64,000 bases of DNA from Myxococcota bacterium (GCA_039028615.1 JBCCHT010000008.1:226345-290344); one strand, 5' to 3'. Positions 9,168 to 20,149 are shown, counted from the stretch's first letter. Program-made: numbers and translations. Notes: generated from the sequence alone by a model not told the origin.

Positions 9168-9872
9168 TTAGACGCCTTGGCCTTTGTCCAGAGCCCCGCG
9201 ATCGCGCAGCTGTTTTTGCTCGCTGTATCGCACGGTCAGCGCGTCGGCTCGGTCCCGCATCAGCAGGGTGATGCGGAACAGCTCTTCGCAGACGTCGACG
9301 ACCCGATCCCGCAGGCTCGAGGGCTTCATGCGGCCGTCGTCGTCGAACTCCTGCCAGGCCTTGGGCACCGAGGACTGGTTGGGAATGGTGAACATCCGCA
9401 TCCACCGACCCAGGATGCGCAGCTGATTGACGGCGTTGAAGGACTGGGAACCACCGCTGACCTCCATGACGGCCACGGTCCGCCCCTGGGTCGGTCGCAC
9501 GGCACCGTCGGACAGCGGCAGCCAGTCGATCTGGTTCTTGAACGCGGCGGTCATGCTGCCGTGCTGCTCGGGCGAGATCCACACGTGCCCCTCGGACCAG
9601 ATCGAGGCCTGGCGCAGCGCGACCACGGCGGGGTGATCGTTGGAGGTCCGATCGAAGACGGGCAGCGCGTGCGGATCGAAGACCCGTACCTCCGCGCCGA
9701 AGTGGGTCAACACGCGCTCGACCTCTCGCGCGAGCTTGCGGCTGAAGCTGGTCTCCCGCAACGAGCCGTAGAGCACGAGGATCCGAGGCGCGTGGGTGCT
9801 GCCCGTGATCCCCAGCGCCTCCATGACCGAGGCGACCGAGTGCGACGGCAAGTCGTCTTCGATGAAGCTCAT
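9168..9872 (-). CDS. arsH: Arsenical resistance protein ArsH (NADPH-dependent FMN reductase)
   Basis: [72 protein letters not shown]. Confidence 0.95.
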   Translation of the reverse strand: MSFIEDDLPSHSVASVMEALGITGSTHAPRILVLYGSLRETSFSRKLAREVERVLTHFGAEVRVFDPHALPVFDRTSNDHPAVVALRQASIWSEGHVWISPEQHGSMTAAFKNQIDWLPLSDGAVRPTQGRTVAVMEVSGGSQSFNAVNQLRILGRWMRMFTIPNQSSVPKAWQEFDDDGRMKPSSLRDRVVDVCEELFRITLLMRDRADALTVRYSEQKQLRDRGALDKGQGV

Positions 9873-9918
9873 GACCGGGACCTTCGCCGCGCGAGGCCCG
9901 GGAATCAAGAGCGCCCGC

Positions 9919-10749
9919 TCACTGGGAGATGCAGTACAGGCGCGGCGCCGCGCTGCACGGCAGGGGCACCGAGGTATCCAGCCACAGATCGTTGGAAGTG
10001 GGCAGGCCTACCGTGCCCAGGACCGAGACTTCGTCCGAGGTCCAGCCGTCGCAGTCGTCGGACATCGAGCCCGTCCACGCGAGATCTTGCACGGGTACGA
10101 GCATGCCCGACTCGTCGTAGCCGGGCAGCGCCTGCAGAGTGCCGGACAGCAGCTCCGCCTGGTCGAGCGCGAGCGTCTCTCCCACCGTGTTGACGACTTC
10201 GCCGAGCACGTCGATGCGAGCGGACAGCGGCGTCCCGGCATCAGCGAGCACCGCCACCCAGGGCACGTTCCTCACGCCAACCCCGAGCCCTTCGCACAAG
10301 GCGTCGGCCCCGGCCAGGCTGCCGATCTCCATCGCCGACCAGTCCATGGAGGTGGTGAACAGGATATGGGCCGGGCCACTCGTGCCGCTGCTACTGCTCT
10401 CCTCGCCCGCAGTGGTGCCGCTGCTGCTCTCGTCCCCCGAGGTCGTCGACAGCTCATCGCCCCCCGACGAGGTCGAGTCGGCCATGGACGTCGTGGGCGA
10501 GGTCGTGGCCGTGGTCGTCGAGGTCGTGCCCGGCTCGAAGGGCTCGCACACGCCTTGGCTGCACACGAGCCCCGGGCTGCAGGTGCCGTTGGGGAAGCAC
10601 GCACAATCCAGCGAGCCCTGATCGCACGCACCCGTGGTGAGCGTCTCGTTCGTTTCGTTGCCGCTGGTGCTGGTCACCGGGGCGGTGTCTTCGAAGCAGC
10701 CGCTGGCCGTGACGAGGCCGAGCCCGGCCAGGAGATAAGCTAAGCGCAC
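9919..10749 (-). CDS. Lipoprotein with a Cys motif, S/T linker and DUF1554/endostatin-like C-terminal domain
   Basis: Lipobox [25 protein letters not shown] and C-terminal [15 protein letters not shown] start inferred. Confidence 0.75.
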   Translation of the reverse strand: MRLAYLLAGLGLVTASGCFEDTAPVTSTSGNETNETLTTGACDQGSLDCACFPNGTCSPGLVCSQGVCEPFEPGTTSTTTATTSPTTSMADSTSSGGDELSTTSGDESSSGTTAGEESSSSGTSGPAHILFTTSMDWSAMEIGSLAGADALCEGLGVGVRNVPWVAVLADAGTPLSARIDVLGEVVNTVGETLALDQAELLSGTLQALPGYDESGMLVPVQDLAWTGSMSDDCDGWTSDEVSVLGTVGLPTSNDLWLDTSVPLPCSAAPRLYCISQ

Positions 10750-10918
10750 CGCAGGACTATAACGCGCTGCCGCCGATCCGCGCGTGGCGCAACTCCCCGA
10801 GCCGCGAGCGGCCGAACCTCGGCCACCTACCGCGAAAATACGAGCCGTTGTGGTCCGTAGCGCAAAATACCGGTGCACGAGACTGTCAGCCCTGGAGCAT
10901 GGGAACGTTGAACCGGCC

Positions 10919-11905
10919 ATGCTGGTTCCCTCGCACTGGCAATCCCTTCCCCCCGTGTCGGGCGTGCGTGTCGATCGCTACGCGCAGCCGGGCCTGGTGG
11001 TGGGTCGATTCCGCTGCGAAGCCGCGTCGCCTCAGTGGCACGCCGACAACGCGATCGGCCCCGCCCACCTGGTGGTGATTCCCCGACGCGCGGTCGAGAT
11101 CTGCCAACAGGGTCGCACGCGGGTATTGGCCAGCCCGGTCCGGGCGACCTTCTACCACGCGCACCAGTCCTACACGCGCGGCCTGGTCGACCCGCACGGC
11201 GACGAGTGCACGTACTTCGGGCTCTCCGCACCGCAGTGGTCCGCGATGGTGCACGAGATTCGAGGCACCACCGACATCGATCCGGACGCGCCCTTCGACT
11301 TCGGCAGCGGGCCCATCGATCCCACTACGTGGCTTCGCCATCGCGACGTGCTCGCGCTGCTCGACGACCCCGCCCCGCTGTCCCCCGATCGCATCCTCGA
11401 AGAGGCGAGCGAGCTAGTCTTCGGGCTGCTGTCAGCCGCGATCGAAGCGGCTGGCCATCGGCGCCACCGGCCGAACAACGCGGCCCGAGCTCGCCGACTC
11501 GAGCTGAGCCTGGCCGTCGAGGCGTTGCTGCTGGAGAACTTCCGCGAGCCGCTTTCGTTGTCGGACATCGCCGAGCGCGTGGGCGCGTCGCCGTTCCATA
11601 TGGCCCGGGTCTTCCGCGAGCACACCGGGCGCAGCATCCACGCCGTCCGCCACACGCTGCGGCTGCACGCGTTGTTGCAGCGCGTCGGCGAGCCCGGACT
11701 TCGCCTGGCCGACTTGGCCCTGGAGCTCGGTTTTTCGAGTCACGCCCATCTCACCGACCAGTGCCGCAAGGCCTTTGGGTGCACGCCTACGGCCCTGCGC
11801 CGCGACCCCTCCCGGTTGCGGCAATGTCGCGGTCGGCTGACGAAAACCACGAGCACGATCGTGGAAGCGGCCACAGGCAAGCAGAGCCTAGTGTCGCGTC
11901 GATGA
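10919..11905 (+). CDS. AraC family transcriptional regulator
   Basis: LSLSDIAERVGASPFHMARVFRE and LADLALELGFSSHAHLTDQCRKAFGCTP. Confidence 0.92.
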   Translation: MLVPSHWQSLPPVSGVRVDRYAQPGLVVGRFRCEAASPQWHADNAIGPAHLVVIPRRAVEICQQGRTRVLASPVRATFYHAHQSYTRGLVDPHGDECTYFGLSAPQWSAMVHEIRGTTDIDPDAPFDFGSGPIDPTTWLRHRDVLALLDDPAPLSPDRILEEASELVFGLLSAAIEAAGHRRHRPNNAARARRLELSLAVEALLLENFREPLSLSDIAERVGASPFHMARVFREHTGRSIHAVRHTLRLHALLQRVGEPGLRLADLALELGFSSHAHLTDQCRKAFGCTPTALRRDPSRLRQCRGRLTKTTSTIVEAATGKQSLVSRR

Positions 11906-13458
11906 GCCGAGCTCGACTTCGTCCGTCGATCCTTGCCCTGATCTTCGGTGTCGGGCTCCTACCCGGGGCGGTCGACGCCGCCCCGGGTGATTTCGTCGAA
12001 GACGACGTGCAGCTGCTGTGGCAGGCCCAAGGAGAGCCGGGCTCGCAGTTCGGGTGGGCGGTGGCCGAGCTCCCCGACATCGATGGCGACGGCGCTTTGG
12101 CGGCGGTAGTCGGCGCGCCCGCCCACGACGAAGGAGACGGCCCCGCCGGTCTGCTCGTGGTGCTCTCCGGTCGCACGGGAGACGAGCTGTTTCGGTTCAA
12201 CGGGGCCCCGGGTGCGTCGTTGGGCTACGCGATGTCCGACGCGGGCGACGTCGATGGGGACGGCCTGCACGACATCGCAGTGGGCGCTCCGGCCGAAGCC
12301 TCGACGGGCCGGGTCTATGTCTACTCCGGCCTCGACGGCCAGACGCTGCTGACCCTCGACGGCGAAGAGGCCGGGGACTTTTTCGGTGCGGCGCTGGCCG
12401 GACCCGGCGACATCGATGGCGACGGCTACGACGACGTCCTGGTGGGCGCGCCTCGAGCCACGCCAACCGGGCGCGCGTACGTGATCTCGGGCGAGGACGG
12501 CTCGACGCTGCTGACCCTCGATGGCCCCGCGCCGGGCCTGCGCTTCGGCAGCGCCACCGCGCCGGTCGGCGACCTGAACGGGGATGAGGTCCCCGACCTG
12601 TTCGTGGGCGATCGCGACGCCGGTAAGGACTCGTCCGGTCGCGCCTACGTGCTGTCGGGCGCCAACGGAAGCATGCTGTTCACCCTCGCGGGCGGCAAGG
12701 ACAGCCGCGACTTCGGGTGGTTCTTCGTCGCGACCATCGGGGATGCCTCGGGCGATGGCATCCCCGATCTGTACGTCGGAGACTTCGCGTCGGTCGCGGG
12801 GGGCAACAACAGCGGGCACCTGCACCTGTACTCGGGCGCCGACGGAAGCGAGCTGCTGAACGTGGTCGGCGCGGGGGCGGGCCAGGGCCTCGGACCCGGC
12901 CGGGGCGCGGGGGATGTCGATGGCGACGGTCGACCCGACATCGCGGGCGGCTCCTACATCTCGAGTGACGGCGCCCCGCAGGCGGGCAAGATCAACCTGT
13001 TCAGCGGGACCGACGGCACGATCCTACGCACGATCACCAGCCTCGAGCCGGGTGAGCAGCTGGGCTTCGACGCGGTGGGTATGGGCGACGTGGACGGCGA
13101 CGGTCGAGTCGACCTGCTCGCGGCCGCGGCCAACGGCAACGCGGTCTACCTCGTCGCGGGCACGCTGCCCAAAGCCCCGCCGCCGCCCCCCGGCGGCACG
13201 ACCACGGGAGCGGGCGACGAGTCCTCGGGCGGGGGCGCGAACGAAGGTGATGACACCAGCACGCCAGGGAACTCGACCGAAGTCGACTCCGAGCCGGGCG
13301 AAGGCGGCGGAGGACTCACCACCAGCCCCGCCGCCGACCCCGAAGAAGCCTCCGGCTGCAGCTGCAGCGCGTCGACGCCCTTCGAAAGCCCGTGGCCGGG
13401 CGTCGGCCTGGGCCTGCTGGTCACCGTGCTGCTCGTCACCCGCCGCGTTCGAGGGTGA
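11902..13458 (+). CDS. FG-GAP (integrin-alpha beta-propeller) repeat protein with a MYXO-CTERM tail
   Basis: Repeated GD(V/I)DGDG..D..VGAP motifs; C-terminal GCSCS, hydrophobic segment and RRVR; ATGA overlap with the AraC gene. Confidence 0.9.
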   Translation: MSRARLRPSILALIFGVGLLPGAVDAAPGDFVEDDVQLLWQAQGEPGSQFGWAVAELPDIDGDGALAAVVGAPAHDEGDGPAGLLVVLSGRTGDELFRFNGAPGASLGYAMSDAGDVDGDGLHDIAVGAPAEASTGRVYVYSGLDGQTLLTLDGEEAGDFFGAALAGPGDIDGDGYDDVLVGAPRATPTGRAYVISGEDGSTLLTLDGPAPGLRFGSATAPVGDLNGDEVPDLFVGDRDAGKDSSGRAYVLSGANGSMLFTLAGGKDSRDFGWFFVATIGDASGDGIPDLYVGDFASVAGGNNSGHLHLYSGADGSELLNVVGAGAGQGLGPGRGAGDVDGDGRPDIAGGSYISSDGAPQAGKINLFSGTDGTILRTITSLEPGEQLGFDAVGMGDVDGDGRVDLLAAAANGNAVYLVAGTLPKAPPPPPGGTTTGAGDESSGGGANEGDDTSTPGNSTEVDSEPGEGGGGLTTSPAADPEEASGCSCSASTPFESPWPGVGLGLLVTVLLVTRRVRG

Positions 13459-13461
13459 GCG

Positions 13462-14331
13462 CTACCAGCCGCAGCCCACGGCGAAGAAGTCCTCCTTCGC
13501 CTGATCGAGGGCCTCGATCCACGCCGTCCACCAGTCGCGGGCGCGCATGACGAAGTCCGCGACCTCGGGATCGGCCATCGCCGCCGCCTCCATGGCGCTG
13601 CTGTCGAGATCGATGGTGCCGGTCGCATTGCCGAGCCCGGGGATCCGGTTGGCCAAGCGGGGATAGTCGGGCAGCTCGGCCCACTCGTCGCTCATGTCCT
13701 GGGGCAGCAGCCCGGGCAGGTCGGACCAGGCCTCGATCCACGTCATCTCCCCCGCGTCGTTGAAGGTGAACTCCTCGTAGATCGGGCAGGGCCCTTCTTC
13801 GTACTCGAACACCACATAGCAGCGCGCGAAGGGCTGGACCTCGAAGAACCGACAGTCGCGAATGGGCACCGTGGAGGGATCGATGGCCCGTAGGGTCTCG
13901 GCGGTATCGATGAGCGCGTTGTCGCCGTAACCGGTCAGCAGGAGCCACGGCGGCCACTCCCAGCGCGCGACCTGGGGGTGATAGTTGGGCACGCTGTCTC
14001 GCGGCGCATCGATGTCCAGCGTGTCGAAGTAGGCCTCGGCCTCCGCCACGTAGTACTCGGGCGGCATGGTCGGCTGCAGGCAGGCCGCGGTCGCGCCTTC
14101 GGTGCCCGGATCGACGCAACCCGGCGGCAGCTCGACCTCACCGCTGCTGGCCCCGCCCCCCGACGAGTCCGCGGGCGCGTCACCACTGCTGGTCTCCGTC
14201 GCGCCTCCATCGTCGGTGGCACTGGTGGTCTCGGCCTGCGGTGCTGCGTCATCGCTCGGGCACGCGGCCAGGGCCGCAGCCGTCAGCAGCCCGAGCGCAG
14301 TACGAATCGTCGTGGGACAGGCGCGTGACAC
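13462..14331 (-). CDS. Hypothetical lipoprotein
   Basis: Lipobox LAAC, S/T linker, conserved-looking domain (VARWEWPPWLLLTGYG, CPIYEEFTFNDAGEMTWIEAWSD). Confidence 0.75.
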   Translation of the reverse strand: MSRACPTTIRTALGLLTAAALAACPSDDAAPQAETTSATDDGGATETSSGDAPADSSGGGASSGEVELPPGCVDPGTEGATAACLQPTMPPEYYVAEAEAYFDTLDIDAPRDSVPNYHPQVARWEWPPWLLLTGYGDNALIDTAETLRAIDPSTVPIRDCRFFEVQPFARCYVVFEYEEGPCPIYEEFTFNDAGEMTWIEAWSDLPGLLPQDMSDEWAELPDYPRLANRIPGLGNATGTIDLDSSAMEAAAMADPEVADFVMRARDWWTAWIEALDQAKEDFFAVGCGW

Positions 14332-14418
14332 CGCTCCACCATAACGCCAGTGACTCGCACAAAACCACTCGCCGCCGCCCTCGAGCCGTGAGCGAGCGAG
14401 GGCTCGAGAGGACCTCGT

Positions 14419-15039
14419 TCAGCGACGCTTCTCGGAGATCTTCCGACCATGCATGACACGGCGCTTGGTCGTGCGCTTGAGCTTGTCGTCTCGCCGCACC
14501 CGAAGTCGCGCCCGATGACCGGCGCGCACCCGGTAGCTCTTGCCCTCGATGGCCACCTCCAGCTCACCGCGTTCGTTCCGCGTCCCGTGCAGTCGATAGA
14601 CATCCTGCGGGTGCGTGCCCTCTTCTTCGGGGCCGAGGTTGAAGGTGATCGAAGTGCCTTCTTCGAAGCTGATGTCGATCGACTTTTCGTCCCACTTCAC
14701 CGCCACGCCGGGCGTTCCCTGACGAATGACGATCTGCTCGATGTACCGCCCGCGGCGAACTCGAATGCGCCCGTGGGCGAGGCTGTCGTCGCGGGACGTC
14801 ACCTCGCGTTGCAGCACCAGGCGATCGGAGACGAAGTACTGGAGCTCGGCGGGGGAGCGTCGGGGAGGCCGTGCATCTGCCTGCAGTCCGGGCAGCGTGG
14901 AGTCGTGGTGCGCCACGATCCCCAGCTCATACGCCTCTCGCATCGGCTGGGTGAACCAGACCTTCTGCGCGCATCCACTGCACGCTACGGCCACCGCCAA
15001 CCCGAGCCACCGTTGGTTTCGACGATCTCTTCCATCCAT
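14419..15039 (-). CDS. Hypothetical lipoprotein
   Basis: LAVAVACSGC lipobox; LQYFVS..LVLQRE and TPGVAV motifs; basic C-terminus. Confidence 0.65.
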   Translation of the reverse strand: MDGRDRRNQRWLGLAVAVACSGCAQKVWFTQPMREAYELGIVAHHDSTLPGLQADARPPRRSPAELQYFVSDRLVLQREVTSRDDSLAHGRIRVRRGRYIEQIVIRQGTPGVAVKWDEKSIDISFEEGTSITFNLGPEEEGTHPQDVYRLHGTRNERGELEVAIEGKSYRVRAGHRARLRVRRDDKLKRTTKRRVMHGRKISEKRR

Positions 15040-15187
15040 TCGATTATTCAAACTAAGTGGAGCAACTGTCGCTCTCAAGTGGCGGAGCGCACGGTGCCGG
15101 GTCGTGGTGACGCCGCGCACTCCCACCGTGGATCCACGCGGGGGGATTCCCCCTCGAAGCGGCCCCGCGGGATGTTATGCAGCCGAC

Positions 15188-15538
15188 ATGACCACCGCTC
15201 GAGGCATCGTCCAGCTTCGCGTCCGAACCAATGCGCCGCGACACGAAGCCATCCCGGCCATCACCGAGGCGATGACCGAGAGCGGCATCCTGCTGGAGGA
15301 CTTCCAAGAGTTCTCCAACACGATGATCACCTACCGCTTCGAGATCGACCAAGCCGAGGTCCCGGTCTTGCGCGAGCGCTTGGTCGCCGCGGACTTCGTG
15401 CTCGAGGATGTCCCCGAGGACGATCGCGACGACGAAGCCGTCTCACCCGACGACGATGGTTTCGTCCGAGCAACTCTCCAACTGACTTTTCCCAACGAAG
15501 ATGGTGACCGCCGCAATCCCAACCCGGACCTCGGCTAG
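15188..15538 (+). CDS. Small hypothetical protein (possible ACT-like fold)
   Basis: 116-aa ORF with genome-typical codon use and the LEDFQEFSN motif. Confidence 0.65.
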   Translation: MTTARGIVQLRVRTNAPRHEAIPAITEAMTESGILLEDFQEFSNTMITYRFEIDQAEVPVLRERLVAADFVLEDVPEDDRDDEAVSPDDDGFVRATLQLTFPNEDGDRRNPNPDLG

Positions 15539-15550
15539 CCTCGAGCTCTT

Positions 15551-16192
15551 CTACGAAGCGCGACGGTAGCGAGCGGCACAGCAGCGAGCCATGTCGTCGG
15601 CGACGAGACGCCGAGCGGCCGCGGCCAGCTTGCCTCGCAATCGCTGGCGACGTTTGTAGAGCGCGGCGGCACTGCTACCGAGACGAGGGGCGAGCTCGCA
15701 TACCGGAGCTTCACCGAGGGCCATGTCGCGCAGCAAGATGTGATCGAATTGGTCGAGCCGAGGCGCAGCGAGATCGACGATGCGATAGACGAGCTGGCGA
15801 TGCTCGAAGCTCGAGGTCCCGCCATGAGAGACCGGCTCGGGTAGGCCACGCTGCTGGGCGATTTCCCGCGAGCGTCGCTGGCGACCGGCCCACATGCTCA
15901 TGATTCGCCAGGCCTGCTGCCACGCGACCATCCGCAGGAACGGGCCGAAGGAGCCGCGCTCGGGATCGAAGGTACGAAGCCGACGACAGGTGTCGTCGAG
16001 CAGCCAGCACCAGACTTCCTGGGCCAGCTCGCCGGCATCATCGTGGGAGCAGGCGCGACCGGCGACCTGCCGGGCGATACGAAGGACTTGGGGTTGATAG
16101 TGGTGGCAAAGGCGGCTCAAGGCGGCCGAATCGCCGCTCAATGCATTCTGGACGGTGGTGGAGTCCAGATCCGAGTTGGAAGGGGGCGTCAT
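15551..16192 (-). CDS. ECF-type sigma-70 factor
   Basis: GDSAALSRL, DAGELAQEVW, LRTFDPERGSFGPFL and a C-terminal HTH (LAPRLGSSAAALYKRRQRLR). Confidence 0.8.
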   Translation of the reverse strand: MTPPSNSDLDSTTVQNALSGDSAALSRLCHHYQPQVLRIARQVAGRACSHDDAGELAQEVWCWLLDDTCRRLRTFDPERGSFGPFLRMVAWQQAWRIMSMWAGRQRRSREIAQQRGLPEPVSHGGTSSFEHRQLVYRIVDLAAPRLDQFDHILLRDMALGEAPVCELAPRLGSSAAALYKRRQRLRGKLAAAARRLVADDMARCCAARYRRAS

Positions 16193-16330
16193 TACAAAGG
16201 CGTTGTCGACCTCCTTCGAAAATCGTTGCGTGCGGAAACCGCGCGAAACGTAACTTTCTTTTCGAGCACCCCGTACCCATCGGCTCAGTGACCGAAGCCA
16301 TTGGCCGGGGTGCTCCTGCAGACCCCGCGC

Positions 16331-17464
16331 TCAGGGATTGATCACCCACGCCTCGTGGGTGTCGACGGCGCCGAAGGCCTCGGTCGTGGCGCCGCCGGGG
16401 ATGAACACGATCTCACCCAACACCGCCGCACCCGTCCCATGGCGAGGGGTCGGCATCGGGTCGAGCACCGTCCAGCCCACGTCCGGCTCGAACACTTCCC
16501 AACTCTCGAACACTCCCGTCGCCGCGCCGGCGTTGCCCTCGCCTCCTGCCACGAACAACTGTCGACCTCGAACCGCACCCGCTTGTCCCCCACGCGAAGT
16601 CGGCATGGGCGGACCCTCGCTCCACTCGTCGTTGGCCGGATCGTAAATGAACAGACGATCGCTATGGCCTTCGATGGTGCCGTCACGCCCGCCCGCGACA
16701 TAGACGAGGTCACCGATCGCTCCGGCCACCATGTGATCGCGCGGCTGCGGCAAGTCGGCCATCGGCAACCATAGGTCCGCCGTGCAATCGTAGGCCCACG
16801 CGTTGGTCACCGCCGTGCCTTCGCGCAGCCCTCCGATCACGAAGATCGTCTGGTCGATCACCGCCATGCCACTGGCGCCGCGCTCGGTCCCGACCGGCAT
16901 GGGTGTCGTCTCGGTCCACGTGTCCGCACTCGGGTCGTACGCGAAAGCGCGACCGTCGACCGCAAAGTCGAAACCCGTCAGAAAGCCCACGACATGGATA
17001 CGCCCGTCGACCACCGCCGCGTTGGGATGGTGCATCGGCACGGGAAGCTCTGCGACATTTCGCCACGCTTCCATCGTTGGATCGTAGGCTTCGACCGCCG
17101 CCGAGATGGATAGATCTTCGGCGATTCCACCCAGCACATAGACCTCGCCTTCGAGCGCTACGACGGACGTTTCTTGTCGAGGACCACCCGCGACAGGAGC
17201 GAACGTGACCCACTGACCGTCGACGCTCGACGGCCCACCGCTGCTCTCCGAGCCCGTCTCGTCGATTGCCTCTGTCGTGCCGTCTGTGGTCGTTGACGAG
17301 CCTTCCGTCGTCTCGCTCGTCGTCGTTCCCGTGCTCGTAGATCCGCCCGCGGGAGCGCCGTCGTCCGAGCCGCAGGCCGCAACGATGAGTCCCCCGATCA
17401 CACATGAAAGAAGGTTCGTCGTCGGTCGCGAAGACCGGGTGGCTCCTGTGAAGGTCTCGTTCAT
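16331..17464 (-). CDS. Kelch-repeat lipoprotein
   Basis: Lipobox IVAAC; six Kelch blades (VYVLGG, YDP..W, PMP..R). Confidence 0.9.
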   Translation of the reverse strand: MNETFTGATRSSRPTTNLLSCVIGGLIVAACGSDDGAPAGGSTSTGTTTSETTEGSSTTTDGTTEAIDETGSESSGGPSSVDGQWVTFAPVAGGPRQETSVVALEGEVYVLGGIAEDLSISAAVEAYDPTMEAWRNVAELPVPMHHPNAAVVDGRIHVVGFLTGFDFAVDGRAFAYDPSADTWTETTPMPVGTERGASGMAVIDQTIFVIGGLREGTAVTNAWAYDCTADLWLPMADLPQPRDHMVAGAIGDLVYVAGGRDGTIEGHSDRLFIYDPANDEWSEGPPMPTSRGGQAGAVRGRQLFVAGGEGNAGAATGVFESWEVFEPDVGWTVLDPMPTPRHGTGAAVLGEIVFIPGGATTEAFGAVDTHEAWVINP

Positions 17465-17568
17465 GGAATCGTCCTCACCGTGAAAAAGCTACCGTAACCA
17501 AGGTCGGCTCTCTGCATAAGCCCCGAAGCGCGGCGCGTTCACACGCCGCTCGCGAGAGGTACTGGCTG

Positions 17569-19095
17569 ATGCACACACGCTTGATGATCATGTTGTCCTT
17601 GGTTTGCGCTTCGAGCCCGGCGATGACCGGCTGCGTCATTGATGGCGGAGACGGCGCTGAGGGAGATAGCTCGGGCGGACAAGACGAGACTTCCACCACC
17701 GGTGATGCCACCCCCGCGGACGCGGGCGACGAGACCGCCGGAGACGAGACCGCCGGAGACGAGACCGCCGTCGCCACCGATGGCGACACCGACGGAGAGA
17801 CCGAAGGTGAGACCGAAGGCGACACCGAAGGCGTCGAGACCGAGACCTTCCGCGTCACCATCACCAACGCGACTCGCTACCTGTCGACCACGGTGTTCAA
17901 CACCCCGGTCGGCGGCAAGAACCCCGCCCCGCTGGTCAACGTCGGCGACTCCTACCAGGCGACCTTCTACGCCGTCCCCGGCGCCCGCCTGAACTTCGCC
18001 ACCATGTCCGCCGCGACCAACGACTGGTTCTTTGCCCCCGAGGGCAACGGCATCGCGCTCTTCGACGGCGACGGCAACCCGAACACGGGCGACATCACCG
18101 ATCAGGTCGATCTGTGGGACGCGGGCACGGAAGAGGAAGACCCGGCCACCATCGCCACCGTCAAGGGCGGAGCCGAGGCCGGCGACCCCGATGACGACGA
18201 CTCCGTCCGCGTCGTCATGGCCGACGTCTCCGGCTCGCTCACCGCCGACCTCGCCTACGAGGACGGCGAGTTCACCCTCACCCTCACCCGCGAAGGCGAG
18301 GCCATCCTCACCCCGGGTCTGGTGATGGTGCACTCCGCCGACAACCCCTTCTTCGTCGAGGGCGACTCCGATGCCGGCTACGGCCTCGAGCTGCTCGCCG
18401 AAGCGGGCAACCCGATGGACCTGTACAACTTCTTCAACGAGGCCGGTGAAGACGGAGCGCCGCTGCGGCTGTCCTCCTCGCTCTCGCCGCTTTCGCCGGG
18501 CTTGGTCTACACCTTCCCCGGTGGCGACGGCGACCCGCTCTTCGTGCAGGGTGAGGCCGCGGGCAAGGACTCCGGCGTCGAGGAGCTCGCCGAGGCGGGC
18601 AATAACATGGTCGCCTACGACTTCCTCACCGGGGCGGGTTACTCCGCTGGGCTGAGCGAGAATGAAGGCGGCGTTGGAGCAGGTGGGGCACTCACCTTCA
18701 CCGTCGAGGCCGAGCCGGGCGACAACCTCGGCTTCGCCACCATGTTCGTGCAGTCCAACGACTGGTTCCTCAGCTTCAACAACGACGGCATTCCCCTGTG
18801 GGATGAGGACGGCAACCCCATCGACTCGCAAGACGTGAGCGTGGAGGCGTATCTGTTCGACGCGGGTACCGAGGCCGACGAAGCGATCGGGTTCGGGCCC
18901 AACCAGGCGCCGCGACAGCCCGACGCCGACGCGGGCGAGCCCGATGAAGACACGACGATTCGGCGCGTCACCGAGATCGACGACGTTCAGTTCGGCAAGG
19001 GCCTGATCGAGAGCGGTCCCGGTGTGGTCGCGCTGCATGATGCCCGTGGTGGCTACAACCTCGTGACCGTCGAGGTTGAGCGAGTCACCGAGTAA
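17569..19095 (+). CDS. Spondin_N-domain lipoprotein (two spondin domains)
   Basis: FATMSAATNDWF and FATMFVQSNDWF, DAGTE twice, LELLAEAGN and EELAEAGN; AGDET repeat linker. Confidence 0.88.
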   Translation: MHTRLMIMLSLVCASSPAMTGCVIDGGDGAEGDSSGGQDETSTTGDATPADAGDETAGDETAGDETAVATDGDTDGETEGETEGDTEGVETETFRVTITNATRYLSTTVFNTPVGGKNPAPLVNVGDSYQATFYAVPGARLNFATMSAATNDWFFAPEGNGIALFDGDGNPNTGDITDQVDLWDAGTEEEDPATIATVKGGAEAGDPDDDDSVRVVMADVSGSLTADLAYEDGEFTLTLTREGEAILTPGLVMVHSADNPFFVEGDSDAGYGLELLAEAGNPMDLYNFFNEAGEDGAPLRLSSSLSPLSPGLVYTFPGGDGDPLFVQGEAAGKDSGVEELAEAGNNMVAYDFLTGAGYSAGLSENEGGVGAGGALTFTVEAEPGDNLGFATMFVQSNDWFLSFNNDGIPLWDEDGNPIDSQDVSVEAYLFDAGTEADEAIGFGPNQAPRQPDADAGEPDEDTTIRRVTEIDDVQFGKGLIESGPGVVALHDARGGYNLVTVEVERVTE

Positions 19096-19151
19096 CGAGG
19101 CCCGGCTCGTGGGGTGCCGGCGCTCGAAGGGGAGCGTCGGACCAACCGGGT

Positions 19152-19197
19152 GCGACCCGTCGATGGAAGGGGCTCCATCGACGGGTCGCCTTTTTTT
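19152..19197 (+). terminator. Intrinsic terminator after the spondin gene
   Basis: 16-bp perfect stem gcgacccgtcgatgga / tccatcgacgggtcgc followed by a T7 run. Confidence 0.9.
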
Positions 19198-19387
19198 GGT
19201 TCTCGCGACCACGATGACGTTGCCTAGCTCACGTCCGATGCCCCACGGCGTGCGTTCTTTGGCCATCTACGCCGCTTTTTCCCACCGGGCGCCCAATTAA
19301 GCCGCCTTTAAGGAGCGTCGGAGCCGCCCCACTGCTTCACTCGCCGAGGTCAGGGTCGAAGCCCACCGGCTCCAGCACGACGGCAGC

Positions 19388-19774
19388 ATGTTCCAAATAC
19401 GCCCCCAGCAGGTCGAAGCGCTGTGCGCCTCTCGGCGGACCGAGTTCGAGGAACGACTCCACGCGCATCTGTCTCGTTGCTTTCGCGCGGTCACGCGTCG
19501 GATGAGCGATGCGGAGCTCCTGGAAGTGATCCGCCACGGTGTCACCCGAGCGTCCGGCTACGGGATCGAGTCTGAGCTGGGGATCTGCAGGTACCTCAAC
19601 TTGATGTTCGTGTTCGGCCGCGACTTCGACCGCAATCCTCGGTTGAGCTGGGCGCGAGAGATCCTCGACGGCGCCCGGATCCACCGCAGCCTCTCCCGCA
19701 TCGACCACCTGTGCCACGAAGCGGAAGCCCACCTGGCGCACGCGCAAGGCCTCGGCTCTCGGGAGGCGGCATGA
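19388..19774 (+). CDS. Small helical protein of a type seen in T6SS effector/adaptor loci
   Basis: MFQIRPQQVEAL..RASGYGIESE..RYLNLMFVFGRDFD..W pattern, recalled from proteins encoded next to DUF4123 adaptors. Confidence 0.6.
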   Translation: MFQIRPQQVEALCASRRTEFEERLHAHLSRCFRAVTRRMSDAELLEVIRHGVTRASGYGIESELGICRYLNLMFVFGRDFDRNPRLSWAREILDGARIHRSLSRIDHLCHEAEAHLAHAQGLGSREAA

Positions 19775-20112
19775 CGATGGAGTCCCTGACCACGGCCGAC
19801 CAGGCCGCCCGCGGTACGTTCTCGAACCGACCGATGAAGATGAGGTCGCAGCCCTGCGGCAAGCAGGGCAACCCCGGGCCTCCCCCTACGCGGTCGTCCA
19901 ACGCCGACTCTTGGCTGCGGATCGAGCTGGTCGACGACGACGATGAGCCATGCGTCGGAGAGCGCTTCCGTGTCGAGCTACCCGACGGCTCCACCATCGA
20001 GGGGACGATCGGCCCGCAGGGGTGGGTGGAGCTCGAAGGTATCGATCCGGGATCGTGCACGGTGACGTTCCCACGCCTCGACGAGTCGGCGCTGAGCCGA
20101 TGCTCGGCCTAG
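19771..20112 (+). CDS. Stand-alone transthyretin-like domain resembling VgrG/PAAR C-terminal extensions
   Basis: WLRIELVDDDDEPCVGERFRVELPDGSTIEGTIGPQGWVELEGIDPGSCTVTFPRLD; ATGA overlap with the upstream gene. Confidence 0.7.
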   Translation: MTMESLTTADQAARGTFSNRPMKMRSQPCGKQGNPGPPPTRSSNADSWLRIELVDDDDEPCVGERFRVELPDGSTIEGTIGPQGWVELEGIDPGSCTVTFPRLDESALSRCSA

Positions 20113-20149
20113 AAGCTCGAGCCCCCCGCTGCAGTTTGGATTTGAACGC

